From contig JACQCD010000002.1 of assembly GCA_016201825.1 (NCBI GenBank), forward strand, positions 2,080-66,079: a stretch of DNA of 64,000 nucleotides, read 5' to 3'. Source of the DNA: Nitrospirota bacterium. Lineage in GTDB: Bacteria > Nitrospirota > Nitrospiria > 2-01-FULL-66-17. Below, in pieces: positions 25,337-35,810 of the stretch (position 1 is its first letter; every line of letters starts with the position of its first letter). The position numbers were made by a program, and so were the translations under genes. The notes under the pieces were generated by a model that was not told the origin of the DNA, ran no database searches, and saw only the letters and a program-made list of their open reading frames with translations.

Positions 25337-26962
25337 TTAATAATGAGAGTCGCCGTTCGCTCCCGCTCGCGGTTCCTCGCCAGGCAATCGCGGCTTCGTT
25401 GCGCCCGCGGTCCCGGCGACGGCGCATGGAGCCAAGACAGCGTCTGTCATCCCGTGGATCATTTTCTTGTCCAGCGCACAGACCGTTGCGAGGACTCCGC
25501 CCAACACCACGTCGTCGCCCGAGACAAAGTAATAGGGAGAGAGCCGGGTTCGCCCGGTCATCGCGTGAACGGCGGCGCTCGCTTCGTCATAATACGCCAC
25601 GCGATCGCGCCGTGGCGTGTGAAATTCTTGCAGAACATGGGGCGTGACGCGAAAGGCTTCCAGAGCGTCGGCCACCGCCGCCGACCACGCGTCCCCGGAC
25701 TGGTCGTGCCCAACCACCACGCCGCGACTTCCCCAGGCCCGCTCTGAAAATCCCGACGGTTTGATGACCAGGCGACGCTCGCGCTGGCTCGCCCCCATAA
25801 GATCCTTCCAATCGCGGACCGGGTGACCTCCCAGTGTAAATCCGGCGATGACGGCGTGGGGCGGCACCTCCGACGGATCGAGAATCCATGTCCGGGGAAA
25901 GAGCCCCGACAACCGTTCGATGGTGTCACGCCCCAGGTCGTCTCGCCACCACGCCTCCAGCGCCGGGTGGTGCCAGAGCGCCATGGCCGCCTTCTCCTCT
26001 AAGAAGGCTTTTGCCGGAGTAGTCATCCGGACGGTTCCCTTTTTCGCGGCATAGAGGAAGAGGTCCGATTTCGGGATATTTTTGAGGTCGAACAGCTCGA
26101 AGAATCGATAGAGGACATCCATTCGACATGGGCCATCCGGCATCCCGATGGTCAATCCGTCTTCAGTGAAGGTCACCTCGTGAGGGGTGACCGCCACCGT
26201 CGGAGTGCCCGACGCGGTCAGCGCTCTCGCCATCCACGCCATTTCAGGGCGATAATCCGCCGATTCATCGGAAACGACAATAGCGACGCGGGACACGCTA
26301 CTCTCGGTTGCGACCATACGTGCAAAACCCTGGACCATGCCGCTCCGACCGCCGACGAGGGAGAAACCCTGTTCGCCGTACGCGTCATGGAAGGCCGCAG
26401 TGAGGCCGAACCCTCCCGGGACCGCATCGAGCTCCGATGCGACGAACCCGCTCGCCGTAGCGAAGAGATCGGGCCGCAGGATCCCTGGAGTTTGATCGCG
26501 CACCCGACGCATCAATCCATAGTCGATCACCGCCTGCGGTTTACCCTGGTCAAGGTAACGGTGAACCCATGCCAGCTTCGGAGTCTTGACGCTCGCATAA
26601 TAGAGACGATTGAGCGAACGATAGAAGGCGAGCAGCGACACGCCTAGGCGTTCCAGGAACTCGACCTCCGCCGGGGCCAACCAATACGGCTCAGGGCTCA
26701 CTCGCCAGCGAGGCAGCCCATCGGCTCCCGTGCGGCTGTGCAGCCCATCGGACCGAAACCGTGCGAGCAGCCGGCACCCATCCGACGACGCGTCTCGACA
26801 CGCGACCGGAACGGTCCCACCCGCCACTGGAGGTCCGATGTTCTGATCGGGTAGCAGGTTCAACGGCTGATCCATCCTCCCTGAGGGGGGATAGCCGTGA
26901 CCCAAGACTCTGAAAACACTGGGGAGGGAGGTGCACCGGCGGTCACCAAACACGCGCACCAA
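25337..26962 (-). CDS. Uncharacterised ATP-grasp-like protein
   Basis: 541 aa with RRLVIKPSGFSERAWGSRGVVVGHDQ (an ATP-grasp K-P-x-G-x-S-x-x-G-x-GV type motif) in the C-terminal third. It has no signal peptide. Its TAA stop lies 4 nt upstream of the kamA RBS. The start is uncertain (26962 or the ATG at 26875). Confidence 0.4.
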   Translation of the reverse strand: MVRVFGDRRCTSLPSVFRVLGHGYPPSGRMDQPLNLLPDQNIGPPVAGGTVPVACRDASSDGCRLLARFRSDGLHSRTGADGLPRWRVSPEPYWLAPAEVEFLERLGVSLLAFYRSLNRLYYASVKTPKLAWVHRYLDQGKPQAVIDYGLMRRVRDQTPGILRPDLFATASGFVASELDAVPGGFGLTAAFHDAYGEQGFSLVGGRSGMVQGFARMVATESSVSRVAIVVSDESADYRPEMAWMARALTASGTPTVAVTPHEVTFTEDGLTIGMPDGPCRMDVLYRFFELFDLKNIPKSDLFLYAAKKGTVRMTTPAKAFLEEKAAMALWHHPALEAWWRDDLGRDTIERLSGLFPRTWILDPSEVPPHAVIAGFTLGGHPVRDWKDLMGASQRERRLVIKPSGFSERAWGSRGVVVGHDQSGDAWSAAVADALEAFRVTPHVLQEFHTPRRDRVAYYDEASAAVHAMTGRTRLSPYYFVSGDDVVLGGVLATVCALDKKMIHGMTDAVLAPCAVAGTAGATKPRLPGEEPRAGANGDSHY

Positions 26963-27166
26963 GTGGCAAAGCGCTGGCCCGACATGATCGTCATCATATC
27001 ACGGCGATTACGAGAGCATCAAGCGGACTTACTTCGCAGACACCAGGTGACCCTAGACGGCTCTTGGGCTTGGCGATACCCGGACAGGACTGCAGGCCGG
27101 CGGCGGAAGGCTGCGCGGCGGGTTGCTCGCCCCTCGGAGGGAGATTAACGGCTCATCAGTAGGCTA

Positions 27167-29440
27167 CTACGCAGCGGGCTCTTCCTCTTCGTACCCACAG
27201 CCCTCGACAATGCACCGGGCGCGGGGCTCGGCTCCCCGCGTGACCTTTTCCACCACAAAGGGGGCGTGGCACTGCGGGCACGGCTTGGGAAGGGGGCGCT
27301 CCCAGAGGGCGTAATCGCACTTCGGGTAGTGGCCGCAGGAGTAGAAGACCCGTCCCTTCTTGGTCCGTTTCTCCAACAGTTGGCCGCCGCAGTCGGGTCT
27401 CGGGCACGTCACCCCGGTTCCAATCGAGCGGGTGGTCTTGCACGTGGGGTAGTTGGAACAGGCGATGAACCGACCGAACCGGCCGTTCTTGATCACCATG
27501 GCCCCCCCGCACTTCTCGCACACTTCCGAGGTCTCGGTCTCCTTGGCCACCACCACGATGGTCCCGTCCGGCTCTTCCCGAAACTCCTTGGTGTTCTTGC
27601 ACTCGGGATATCCGGGACAGGCCAGAAAGCGGCCATTCCGGCCCCACTTGATCACCATCTTGCGCTGGCAGCGTTCACATTCGATCTCGGTCGGGTGTTC
27701 CTCGCGCTTCACATCGCGCATCTCGGTCGTGGCCTTGGAGAGATGGGTGGTGAAGGGACCATAAAACTCCCGCACCGTGTCCACCCAGGCTTTTTCGCCT
27801 TCCTCAATCTGGTCGAGTTCCTCCTCCATGTGGGCGGTAAATTGCGCGTTGAGAATCTCTGGAAAATGCTGGACCAATAAGTCGTTGACCACGACCCCCA
27901 GTTCCGTCGGCCTGAGGCGGCCCTCGAGCTTCGTGACGTACTTTCGATCCTGGATCGTCGAGATGATCGCGGCGTACGTGCTCGGACGCCCGATCCCCTG
28001 CTCCTCAAGTTCTTTAATCAGCAGCGACTCGTTGAACCGCGGAGGCGGCTGAGTAAAGTGCTGTTTGGGCAGGAGCTCGTGGAACCGCAGCCGGTCTCCT
28101 TCGCGGAGCATCGGCAGGCGACGGTCTTCATCGTGCTCGTCCTCACCCTTCGGGGACGGCGCGGCCTGTTCCGACGACTCGGTGTACAGCGTGGTAAAAC
28201 CGGGAAAGAGAACCACCCCGCCGGTCGCCCTGAACACCCCCTCTCCCGCTGCGATATCCACACGGGTCTGCTCGACCACCGCAGGAGTCATCTGGCTGGC
28301 CACAAACCGTTTCCAGATCATGGCATAGAGCTGGTAAAGGTCGCGGTCGAGCAAGGTTTTGAGCTGCTCGGGGTCCCGCGAAACCGCGGTCGGGCGAATC
28401 GCCTCGTGGGCGTCTTGTGCCCCTTTCTTATTCTTATAGACGTTCGGGCTCGTCGGCACATAGTCAGGACCGAACCGCTCGCGCACGAACGCGGTCGCTT
28501 CGTCCTGCGCTTCCTGCGAAACCCTGGTGGAATCGGTGCGCATGTAGGTGATCAAGCCCACCGGCCCCTCGCTGCCCACTTCGACGCCCTCGTAGAGACG
28601 CTGGGCAAGCGCCATGGTCCGCTTCGGCGTGAACCGCAGTTTGCGGGACGCTTCCTGCTGGAGCTTGCTGGTCGTAAACGGCGGGGCGGGATTCTTGCGG
28701 CGCTCTTTTTTCTCGATCTGCGTGACGGTAAAGTTTCTGCCGCGCAGCGCCTCTGTGACGCGCCCGGTCGCCTCGCCGGTGGAAAGCGCGACGTCCTCGC
28801 CCCGCCACTTCACCAACTTGGCCTCAAAAGGCGGGGGCGACGCTCCTTCCAATAGCGCGGTAATCGACCAATATTCTTCGCTTTGGAAGGCGGCAATCTC
28901 GCGCTCTCGCTCGCAGACCATACGGACAGCCACCGACTGGACTCGGCCGGCCGAGAGCCCGCGCCGAACCTTCTCCCACAGTAACGGACTGATCGAATAC
29001 CCCACGATGCGGTCGAGGATCCGGCGGGCTTGTTGCGCGTCGACCTTGTGCAGGTCCAGCGGTACGGGGTGTTCCAATGCACGCTTGACCGCTCGCTCGG
29101 TGATTTCATGGAAGAGGACGCGCTGGACCTTCCCCTTCTTCCCGTTGAGCTCTTCCGCGATGTGCCAGGCGATCGCTTCGCCCTCACGGTCGGGGTCGGG
29201 GGCCAGATAGATGTGGTCGGCTGTCTTGCCGGCCCGCTTGATCTCGTCCAGGACTTTCTTTTTCCCGCGGATGACCTGGTAGTTGGGCGCGAAATCGTGC
29301 TCCACATCCACCCCGAACTTGCTCTTCGGCAGGTCTTTCACGTGGCCGACCGAAGCCAACACGATATATTTCTTCCCCAGATACTTATTGAGCGTCTTGG
29401 CTTTCGACGGCGATTCGACGATGACGAGCGACTTACCCAT
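27167..29440 (-). CDS. topA: DNA topoisomerase I
   Basis: Toprim MGKSLVIVESPSKAKTLNKYLG; the active-site region; and four C-terminal C4 zinc ribbons (CERCQRKM...CPGYPEC, CEKCGGAM...CSNYPTC, CPRPDCGG...CGHYPKC, CPQCHAP...C). Confidence 0.9.
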   Translation of the reverse strand: MGKSLVIVESPSKAKTLNKYLGKKYIVLASVGHVKDLPKSKFGVDVEHDFAPNYQVIRGKKKVLDEIKRAGKTADHIYLAPDPDREGEAIAWHIAEELNGKKGKVQRVLFHEITERAVKRALEHPVPLDLHKVDAQQARRILDRIVGYSISPLLWEKVRRGLSAGRVQSVAVRMVCEREREIAAFQSEEYWSITALLEGASPPPFEAKLVKWRGEDVALSTGEATGRVTEALRGRNFTVTQIEKKERRKNPAPPFTTSKLQQEASRKLRFTPKRTMALAQRLYEGVEVGSEGPVGLITYMRTDSTRVSQEAQDEATAFVRERFGPDYVPTSPNVYKNKKGAQDAHEAIRPTAVSRDPEQLKTLLDRDLYQLYAMIWKRFVASQMTPAVVEQTRVDIAAGEGVFRATGGVVLFPGFTTLYTESSEQAAPSPKGEDEHDEDRRLPMLREGDRLRFHELLPKQHFTQPPPRFNESLLIKELEEQGIGRPSTYAAIISTIQDRKYVTKLEGRLRPTELGVVVNDLLVQHFPEILNAQFTAHMEEELDQIEEGEKAWVDTVREFYGPFTTHLSKATTEMRDVKREEHPTEIECERCQRKMVIKWGRNGRFLACPGYPECKNTKEFREEPDGTIVVVAKETETSEVCEKCGGAMVIKNGRFGRFIACSNYPTCKTTRSIGTGVTCPRPDCGGQLLEKRTKKGRVFYSCGHYPKCDYALWERPLPKPCPQCHAPFVVEKVTRGAEPRARCIVEGCGYEEEEPAA

Positions 29441-29502
29441 ACAAGAATCCCATTCCCCCCGGCGGTATCACTGGTTGGATTATACCCGATTCTGGTTCCG
29501 AG

Positions 29503-30633
29503 TCACCCCCCGCCGTGTCGGACATAGAGGTGCCCGGCAAGATGCCGCGCGGCTCCTTTGAGTTCCAGGCTCAGGAGAATGCCGGCAAGCCGCTCGGGCG
29601 GCATCCGGGCTCTGGTCGTGAGCTCGTCAACATGAGCGGGTTCCCATGAGAGAAGCTCAACGACCTGAACCTCGTCGTCGGTCAGGTCCGGCCCGGGCAC
29701 GGGAGGCTCGGCCAAGCGCACCGCGGACGACTCGCCCACTTGTGCGGCGAGCGCCTCAATCACGTCCTCGGCCGTTTCCACCAGCGTCGCGCCCGCCTTG
29801 ATCAAGCGATTCGTTCCCACGCTCGTCGCGGACCCCACATTGCCGGGCACCGCGAACACCTCGCGGCCTTGCTCCAAGGCCAGGCGGGCTGTGATCAGGG
29901 ATCCACTCTCCGCAGTGGCTTCGATGACGAGGACCGCCAGAGACATTCCACTAATAATCCGGTTCCGCGCAGGAAAGTGGTGGGCATCCGGAGGAGCGCC
30001 CGGCGATAGCTCCGACAACACCGCACCTTGCGCGCGCACCGCGGATTTGAGCGAGCGACTTTCCGGTGGATAGGCCACATCCACGCCGCATCCCAAAACC
30101 CCGACCGTCTGTCCCCCAACAGCAAGCGCACCCTGATGGGCGGCGGTATCGATCCCGCGCGCCAATCCGCTCACCACCACAAATCCCGCCCGCGCCAACT
30201 CCCCGGCGATACGGGACCCGACGGCCACTCCATAGGGCGTCGCTCGGCGAGAGCCCACTACGGCGACGACTCGACGCTCGCCCGGCGGCAGGTCTCCCAG
30301 CATGTACAACAGGGGCGGGGGATCGTGGATCGTCCGAAGGTGAACGGGGTACCGTGGATCGGCCCACGTCACGACGCTCGCGCCCACGGCGTTGAGCCGA
30401 TCCAGATCGGCGTCCACCTCCCCCCAGGAGGAGAAGCCTCGTACCGCCGACGCGACGCGGGCTGAACACCCCGGCACTCGATTGAGGACCGGCTCGGACG
30501 CCCGGAAGACCTCACGGGGTGAACCGAGGGTTTCGACGAGGGCTCGGTAGGTCACGGGCCCCACCCCGGACACGCGCAACAAGCCGAGCCACGCTCGCCA
30601 CTCGTCGCGATCGAGGGGTGCGTGCGACGCCAT
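29503..30633 (-). CDS. dprA: DNA-processing protein DprA (Smf)
   Basis: An N-terminal SAM-like domain LRVSGVGPVTYRALVE, a Rossmann-like DprA domain GSRRATPYG...VVSGLARGIDTAAHQGAL and a C-terminal winged helix. Confidence 0.8.
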   Translation of the reverse strand: MASHAPLDRDEWRAWLGLLRVSGVGPVTYRALVETLGSPREVFRASEPVLNRVPGCSARVASAVRGFSSWGEVDADLDRLNAVGASVVTWADPRYPVHLRTIHDPPPLLYMLGDLPPGERRVVAVVGSRRATPYGVAVGSRIAGELARAGFVVVSGLARGIDTAAHQGALAVGGQTVGVLGCGVDVAYPPESRSLKSAVRAQGAVLSELSPGAPPDAHHFPARNRIISGMSLAVLVIEATAESGSLITARLALEQGREVFAVPGNVGSATSVGTNRLIKAGATLVETAEDVIEALAAQVGESSAVRLAEPPVPGPDLTDDEVQVVELLSWEPAHVDELTTRARMPPERLAGILLSLELKGAARHLAGHLYVRHGGG

Positions 30634-30637
30634 TCGC

Positions 30638-32188
30638 CTAGACCATCACGATGTCGTACTGTTCCTGGTGGAGGTGCGGATCGGCCTTGATGATGATGCG
30701 CTTGTTGTACTCGCGCTCGAGCGCCTCGACGCCGCCCCGCTCTTCGTCAAACAGCAAGTTCGCCACGGTGGGATGAACCGCGATGAGAACCTTGCTCTCC
30801 TCGCGCGAGGCGCCGGCCCGTTTGATTTCCCGAAAAATTTCATAGCACACCGTTGTCGCCGACTTAATATAGCCTCGCTTCTCGCAGTACAGACAGCCGT
30901 CGCACAGCACCCGGAGGAGATCTTCACGCACGCGCTCCCGCGACATTTCCACGAGGCCCAGCTCGGAGATTTTGAGAATATTGCTGCGCGCACGGTCGTG
31001 CGTCAACGCCTCGCGCAGGGCCGCGAAGACCCGTTCGCGGTTTTTCTCTTTCTCCATGTCGATGAAATCGATAATGATGATCCCGCCGATGTTGCGCAGC
31101 CGAAGCTGGTAGGCGATCTCTTTGGCAGCCTCCAGATTGGTCTTAAAGATGGTTTCTTCGAGATCCCTCTTCCCGACGTACCGCCCGGTGTTGACGTCGA
31201 CGACGGTGAGCGCCTCGGTGGGCTCGATGACGATGTACCCGCCCGACTTCAGCCAGACCCGACGCCCGAGGGCTTTCGAGATCTCGATTTCGATCCCATA
31301 CCGATCGAAGATCGGCTCGTCCTGCGCGTACAAGTGCACCTTCGAAATAAGATTCGGCAGGTACGTCCCCACAAACTGCCGAACGCGGTCGTATTCCGGC
31401 CGCGATCCGATCGTGAGCCGATCCACCTTGTGCGTCAAGAGATCTCGAACCGTCCGCAGCGAAAGATCTAAGTCGGCGTGCAGCAAGGCCGGCGCCGAGG
31501 TTCGCTGGCCCTCATCCCGAATGGTCTGCCACAATCGCTCCAAGAACTCGATGTCGAGGCGGAATTCCTCCTCGCTCGTCCCCTCGCTGACCGTGCGGAT
31601 GATGTATCCCGTTCCAGGTTTCCGCAAGCGCTGCATCATCTCGCGCAAGCGGGCTCGTTCAGCCTCGTCGCCGATCCGCCTGGAGATCCCGATGTGGTTC
31701 ACCGTCGGCATGTACACGAGATACCGACCCGGGAGAGACAGATACGTGGTCACGCGGCAGCCTTTGGTGCCAATGGGGTCCTTGGTCACTTGAACCACCA
31801 CTTCCTGCCCCTCCTGCAGGAGTTCTTCGATCGGACGGTGAACGCGGCGCGGGCGAGGCGCGGTTTTGGCCGCGTCTTCCTCAGGTTCATCGGTGTCCTT
31901 CGGCTCCCCGTCGGGCACGTCGGGCGCCTCGCCATCCAAGACCGGCTGGTCCTCGTCAGAGGACGTCGTGACATCCGCGACATAGAGAAAGGCCGCGCGT
32001 TCAACACCCACGTCCACGAACGCCGCCTGCATCCCGGGCAACACTTTGACGACCCGGCCTTTGTACACATTCCCCACGATGCCGCGATCCCGCCTTCGAT
32101 CGATGTACAACTCCGTGAGTATCTGGTTCTCAAGCACCGCAACCCGAGTTTCCTCGGGGGCCGGATTGATCACAATTTCCACACCCAT
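30638..32188 (-). CDS. rng: Ribonuclease G/E family endoribonuclease
   Basis: From the internal ATG (residue 41), preceded by AGGGAG: an S1 domain GNVYKGRVVKVLPGMQAAFVDVG, then the RNase E/G catalytic domain (DVNTGRYVGKRDLEETIFKTNLEAAKEIAYQLRLRNIGGIIIIDFIDM). Confidence 0.75.
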   Translation of the reverse strand: MGVEIVINPAPEETRVAVLENQILTELYIDRRRDRGIVGNVYKGRVVKVLPGMQAAFVDVGVERAAFLYVADVTTSSDEDQPVLDGEAPDVPDGEPKDTDEPEEDAAKTAPRPRRVHRPIEELLQEGQEVVVQVTKDPIGTKGCRVTTYLSLPGRYLVYMPTVNHIGISRRIGDEAERARLREMMQRLRKPGTGYIIRTVSEGTSEEEFRLDIEFLERLWQTIRDEGQRTSAPALLHADLDLSLRTVRDLLTHKVDRLTIGSRPEYDRVRQFVGTYLPNLISKVHLYAQDEPIFDRYGIEIEISKALGRRVWLKSGGYIVIEPTEALTVVDVNTGRYVGKRDLEETIFKTNLEAAKEIAYQLRLRNIGGIIIIDFIDMEKEKNRERVFAALREALTHDRARSNILKISELGLVEMSRERVREDLLRVLCDGCLYCEKRGYIKSATTVCYEIFREIKRAGASREESKVLIAVHPTVANLLFDEERGGVEALEREYNKRIIIKADPHLHQEQYDIVMV

Positions 32189-32273
32189 GCCTCGCTCCCT
32201 ACCGCCCGCGTTCAGCCCCCCCGCAGTCCCACCGTCCGGCTGCGAGGCGCATTGTGAACTCCTCGTTAGCGGC

Positions 32274-33395
32274 TCAGTAAAATAACATAAACCGCCGCAG
32301 ACGTACATTCATGACCAGCCCCAGCGCCGCGAACACCGTCAACATCGAGGAACCGCCATAACTCATCAGCAGAAGCGGAACGCCGACCACCGGCATCATC
32401 CCCAGGGTCATCCCGATATTGACGACGAGGGAAAACACCACCATCCCCGCCACCCCGATCACGAGAAACGCGCCCTCTCGATCCTTGGCTTTATACGCCG
32501 TTTCCATGATCCAGAACAGGACGAAACCGTAGAGGGCCAACAGCCCCAGGACCCCCACGAACCCCCACTCCTCGGCAAACACCGCGAAGATAAAGTCGGT
32601 ATGGCCTTCGGGCAAAAATTTGAGTTGGCTCTGAGTACTCCCCAGAAACCCCTTTCCCCAAAACCCTCCCGAACCGATCGCGATCTTCGACTGGATGACG
32701 TGGTACCCCATGCCGAGGGGGTCGGATGACGGGTTCACAAAGGTCAACAACCGGTTTCGCTGGTACCCCTTCAACGAATTCCAAAACAAGGTCCAGAAAA
32801 AGGGGAACAGCATCAGCGCCGACAACGCCAAAAAGACGATCGACTGATATCGAATTCCCACGAGCAAGATCATGCTCAGCGTGATCGCCAGCAACGTGAG
32901 ACCGGTGCCGAGATCCGGTTGCTTCAAAATGAGCCCGATCGGGATGAGCGCCAGGGTCAGCGGGGCCAGAAGCTGGGTCGGGCCAAGTCCACCACGGACG
33001 TGCCGCTCCGAGCAATACCGCGCCAAGACGAGGATCAACACTAATTTGGCCAACTCAGAGGGTTGTACATCGAAGACCCCGAGCGAAATCCACCGGCGCG
33101 CGCCCATCCCGACGCGGCCAACGAGCAGTACGCCGACCAGGAGCACGATGACCGCGGCGTATCCGGCATAGGCATAGCGGGTCAACGTGTGGTAATCGAC
33201 CAGCGCCGCGGCCACGAAGACCGCCATTCCCATCCCAACCCACGCCAGCTGCTTGAGGTAGAGCGTGGACGGACTGCCGGTCTGATGCGTCGTTGCACTG
33301 TAGATCGTCGCCACCCCGGCGGTCACAATCAGCCCGATCGCGACCAACCCCTTCCAGTCCAGACTGCTGAGCCGATTCTTATCGAGCCTGACCAC
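32274..33395 (-). CDS. rodA: Rod shape-determining SEDS protein RodA
   Basis: A 373 aa polytopic membrane protein of the FtsW/RodA family (SELAKLVLILVLARY, GDLGTGL). It is immediately downstream of mrdA. Confidence 0.8.
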   Translation of the reverse strand: MVRLDKNRLSSLDWKGLVAIGLIVTAGVATIYSATTHQTGSPSTLYLKQLAWVGMGMAVFVAAALVDYHTLTRYAYAGYAAVIVLLVGVLLVGRVGMGARRWISLGVFDVQPSELAKLVLILVLARYCSERHVRGGLGPTQLLAPLTLALIPIGLILKQPDLGTGLTLLAITLSMILLVGIRYQSIVFLALSALMLFPFFWTLFWNSLKGYQRNRLLTFVNPSSDPLGMGYHVIQSKIAIGSGGFWGKGFLGSTQSQLKFLPEGHTDFIFAVFAEEWGFVGVLGLLALYGFVLFWIMETAYKAKDREGAFLVIGVAGMVVFSLVVNIGMTLGMMPVVGVPLLLMSYGGSSMLTVFAALGLVMNVRLRRFMLFY

Positions 33396-33411
33396 CCGTT
33401 AACGTCCTCCT

Positions 33412-35265
33412 CTAGAGCGCCGCGGAGGACGTGCCCGCGGGAGACGCGGCGCCGCTGTCGGCCGCGAGATATTTTTCGATGACGCGTTTCGCAATCGGCG
33501 CGGCGGCACTGCCGCCGTGCCCGCCGTGCTCGACCAAGACGGCCACGGCGATCCGAGGGGATTCCACGGGTGCAAATGCCACAAACCACGCGTGATCCTG
33601 GAGGTTCTTCACCGGGATGCCTCGACCGGCCTGGGGCATACCGACCACCTGAGCCGTTCCGGTCTTGCCCGCCACTTCGGTCATCGTCGAGCGCGCCGCG
33701 CTGGCCGTCCCCCCCGGTTCGACCACCACGCCTCGCAGAGCTTGCCGCAAGAGCGCGAAGGTCTGCGCGCTAACGTGCATCGGATCGAGCGGCGACTCCG
33801 GTTCCGGGTCGACCATGGAGCCGTCACGTTGGCGGATGGACCGGACGTACCGGGGGCGGTGCCGCTCGCCACCCATCGCGACGGTCCCGATCATCATCGC
33901 CATCTGAAGCGGCGTGACGTTGACGTACCCCTGACCGATCGAGACCGACAAGGTCTCACCCGGATACCACGGCTCGTGTCGCGCCGCCAACTTCCAGGCC
34001 GTGGACGGGACGACGCCTTTCTTTTCCGACGACAGCTGGATGCCCGTGGGCTCGCCCAACCCGTACGCTTTGGCGAACTCCGCAATCGCATCGACCCCGA
34101 TCTGATTACCCACCTCGTAAAAATACACGTCACAGGATTCCACGATCGCTCGGTGGAGGTCGATGATCCCGTGTCCCCCGGCTTTCCAGTCCCGAAACCG
34201 TCGGTTGCCGAAGAACTTCCCGCCCAAACAGGTCGTGCGCCAGTCGGGGGTGATCGCCTTCCGTTCCAACGCCGCAGTCGCAACCACGATCTTAAACGTC
34301 GAGCCAGGCGGATACTGTCCCTGAATGGCGCGATTATTGAGGGGACGACCGGGGTCGGCGAGCAGTTCGGCCCATCGTGACACGGTCAGTCCGACCGACA
34401 GGACATTCGGATCAAAATCAGGATGGCTGACCAACGCAATCACCTCACCGGTCGTCGGGTCCAATGCCACGACAACTCCGGCCTTGTCCCGAAGCGCTTC
34501 TTCGGCCTCACGCTGTACATCCGCGTCGATCGTGAGGACGACATCATCCCCGCGGACCGGCGGGGTCTGACGGACCACGCGCCGCTCGTGCCCCAGGGCG
34601 TCGACCTCGACCCCCTTTTCACCCGGCTGTCCCCGTAGCACGGCGTCGTACGCCAGCTCCGCACCATATTGGCCCACCTGCATGCCCGGAGGGAGGGTTG
34701 AAAATTCTTCGCTCCCGTGTTGGGCGGCCGAGACGTCGCTGACGTAGCCGAGAAGATGCGAGGCCCACGCCCCGTACGGATAGTTTCGCTGAGCCTCCAC
34801 TTCGATTTTAACCCCTGGAAAATCAGGACGGTGTGACTCGATCAATGCCACTTCCTTCAGTTTCAAATGGCTTTTGATCGGAATGGGCGTGAACGGCCCG
34901 CCGACTCGATGGTTCTTTACGCGGTCGCGAATGTCCTCCTCGCTCATCTCGAGGTACGGCGCAAGACGCTCGATGAGGGGATCGAGGGGCTTGGGAGCGT
35001 CCTCCAACACGAGGTAGAGGGTAAAGCCCGGCGTGTTATTGACCAGCAGGCGCCCCCGCCGGTCATACATCAACCCTCGCTGGGGGAGCACGCTTACCAT
35101 CCGCACCCGGTTATTGTCGGCAAGCTCGCGGTATGTTTGCCCCGCGACCACCTGCAAGGACCAGGCGCGAACGACTAAAAGGCCCATCAGGAGGAGGATC
35201 AGAACCACTCCCCACGTGATTCTATCGTACAGATCCTGGAAATCGTCCTGCGGTGAAGAAGTCAT
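33412..35265 (-). CDS. mrdA: Penicillin-binding protein 2 (elongasome transpeptidase)
   Basis: A TM anchor and dimerisation domain, then the transpeptidase motifs STFKIVVATAAL (SxxK), SxN and KTG (AGKTGTAQV). Confidence 0.85.
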   Translation of the reverse strand: MTSSPQDDFQDLYDRITWGVVLILLLMGLLVVRAWSLQVVAGQTYRELADNNRVRMVSVLPQRGLMYDRRGRLLVNNTPGFTLYLVLEDAPKPLDPLIERLAPYLEMSEEDIRDRVKNHRVGGPFTPIPIKSHLKLKEVALIESHRPDFPGVKIEVEAQRNYPYGAWASHLLGYVSDVSAAQHGSEEFSTLPPGMQVGQYGAELAYDAVLRGQPGEKGVEVDALGHERRVVRQTPPVRGDDVVLTIDADVQREAEEALRDKAGVVVALDPTTGEVIALVSHPDFDPNVLSVGLTVSRWAELLADPGRPLNNRAIQGQYPPGSTFKIVVATAALERKAITPDWRTTCLGGKFFGNRRFRDWKAGGHGIIDLHRAIVESCDVYFYEVGNQIGVDAIAEFAKAYGLGEPTGIQLSSEKKGVVPSTAWKLAARHEPWYPGETLSVSIGQGYVNVTPLQMAMMIGTVAMGGERHRPRYVRSIRQRDGSMVDPEPESPLDPMHVSAQTFALLRQALRGVVVEPGGTASAARSTMTEVAGKTGTAQVVGMPQAGRGIPVKNLQDHAWFVAFAPVESPRIAVAVLVEHGGHGGSAAAPIAKRVIEKYLAADSGAASPAGTSSAAL

Positions 35266-35809
35266 CGTGATCCTTTAGCGATTGGCGAGCGGGCGGATGC
35301 CACCAGATCCCCACCGCGTAGAGCACTCCTGCGAACGCGGTGTCGTACAGGGCCTGCGGTCCAAGAGAGGCCGCCAGCCATCTCATCATGTCCTCTGCTC
35401 GGTCGAACGGCTGAAACCAGATCGCATGGGCCCCGCTAAGCATCACGGAGGCCGATGCCACAACGGTCAGGAGCATGGGCGCTCGGAGATTGGCCGTCAG
35501 CTGGCCGATGAGGGCGGCCCCCAGGCCAAGACCGGGGTAGAGCACGGTATAAAAAACCGTCCCGCTCGCCGAAAAGAAATCGAGGGCCAGACCCAACGCC
35601 ACCCCCCCCGCAAAACCCGCGGGCGGCCCTTCAATGACCGCAAACAAAAGAAGACCGATCAGCGGAAGATTGGGGATCATCCCGCCGATCGCCATAACAT
35701 CCATGACCGAAGTCTGCAACGGCAGAACGACCATAAACGCCGCGCCCCACAGCAGCCGGCGTACCACGTCTGCTTGACGCGTCCCCCCTCTGGACCACGC
35801 GAGCGACAT
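35222..35809 (-). CDS. mreD: Rod shape-determining protein MreD
   Basis: A small polytopic membrane protein, starting at the internal ATG (residue 27) one nt after the mreC stop. It lies between mreC and mrdA. Confidence 0.6.
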   Translation of the reverse strand: MSLAWSRGGTRQADVVRRLLWGAAFMVVLPLQTSVMDVMAIGGMIPNLPLIGLLLFAVIEGPPAGFAGGVALGLALDFFSASGTVFYTVLYPGLGLGAALIGQLTANLRAPMLLTVVASASVMLSGAHAIWFQPFDRAEDMMRWLAASLGPQALYDTAFAGVLYAVGIWWHPPARQSLKDHDDFFTAGRFPGSVR

Positions 35810-35810
35810 C

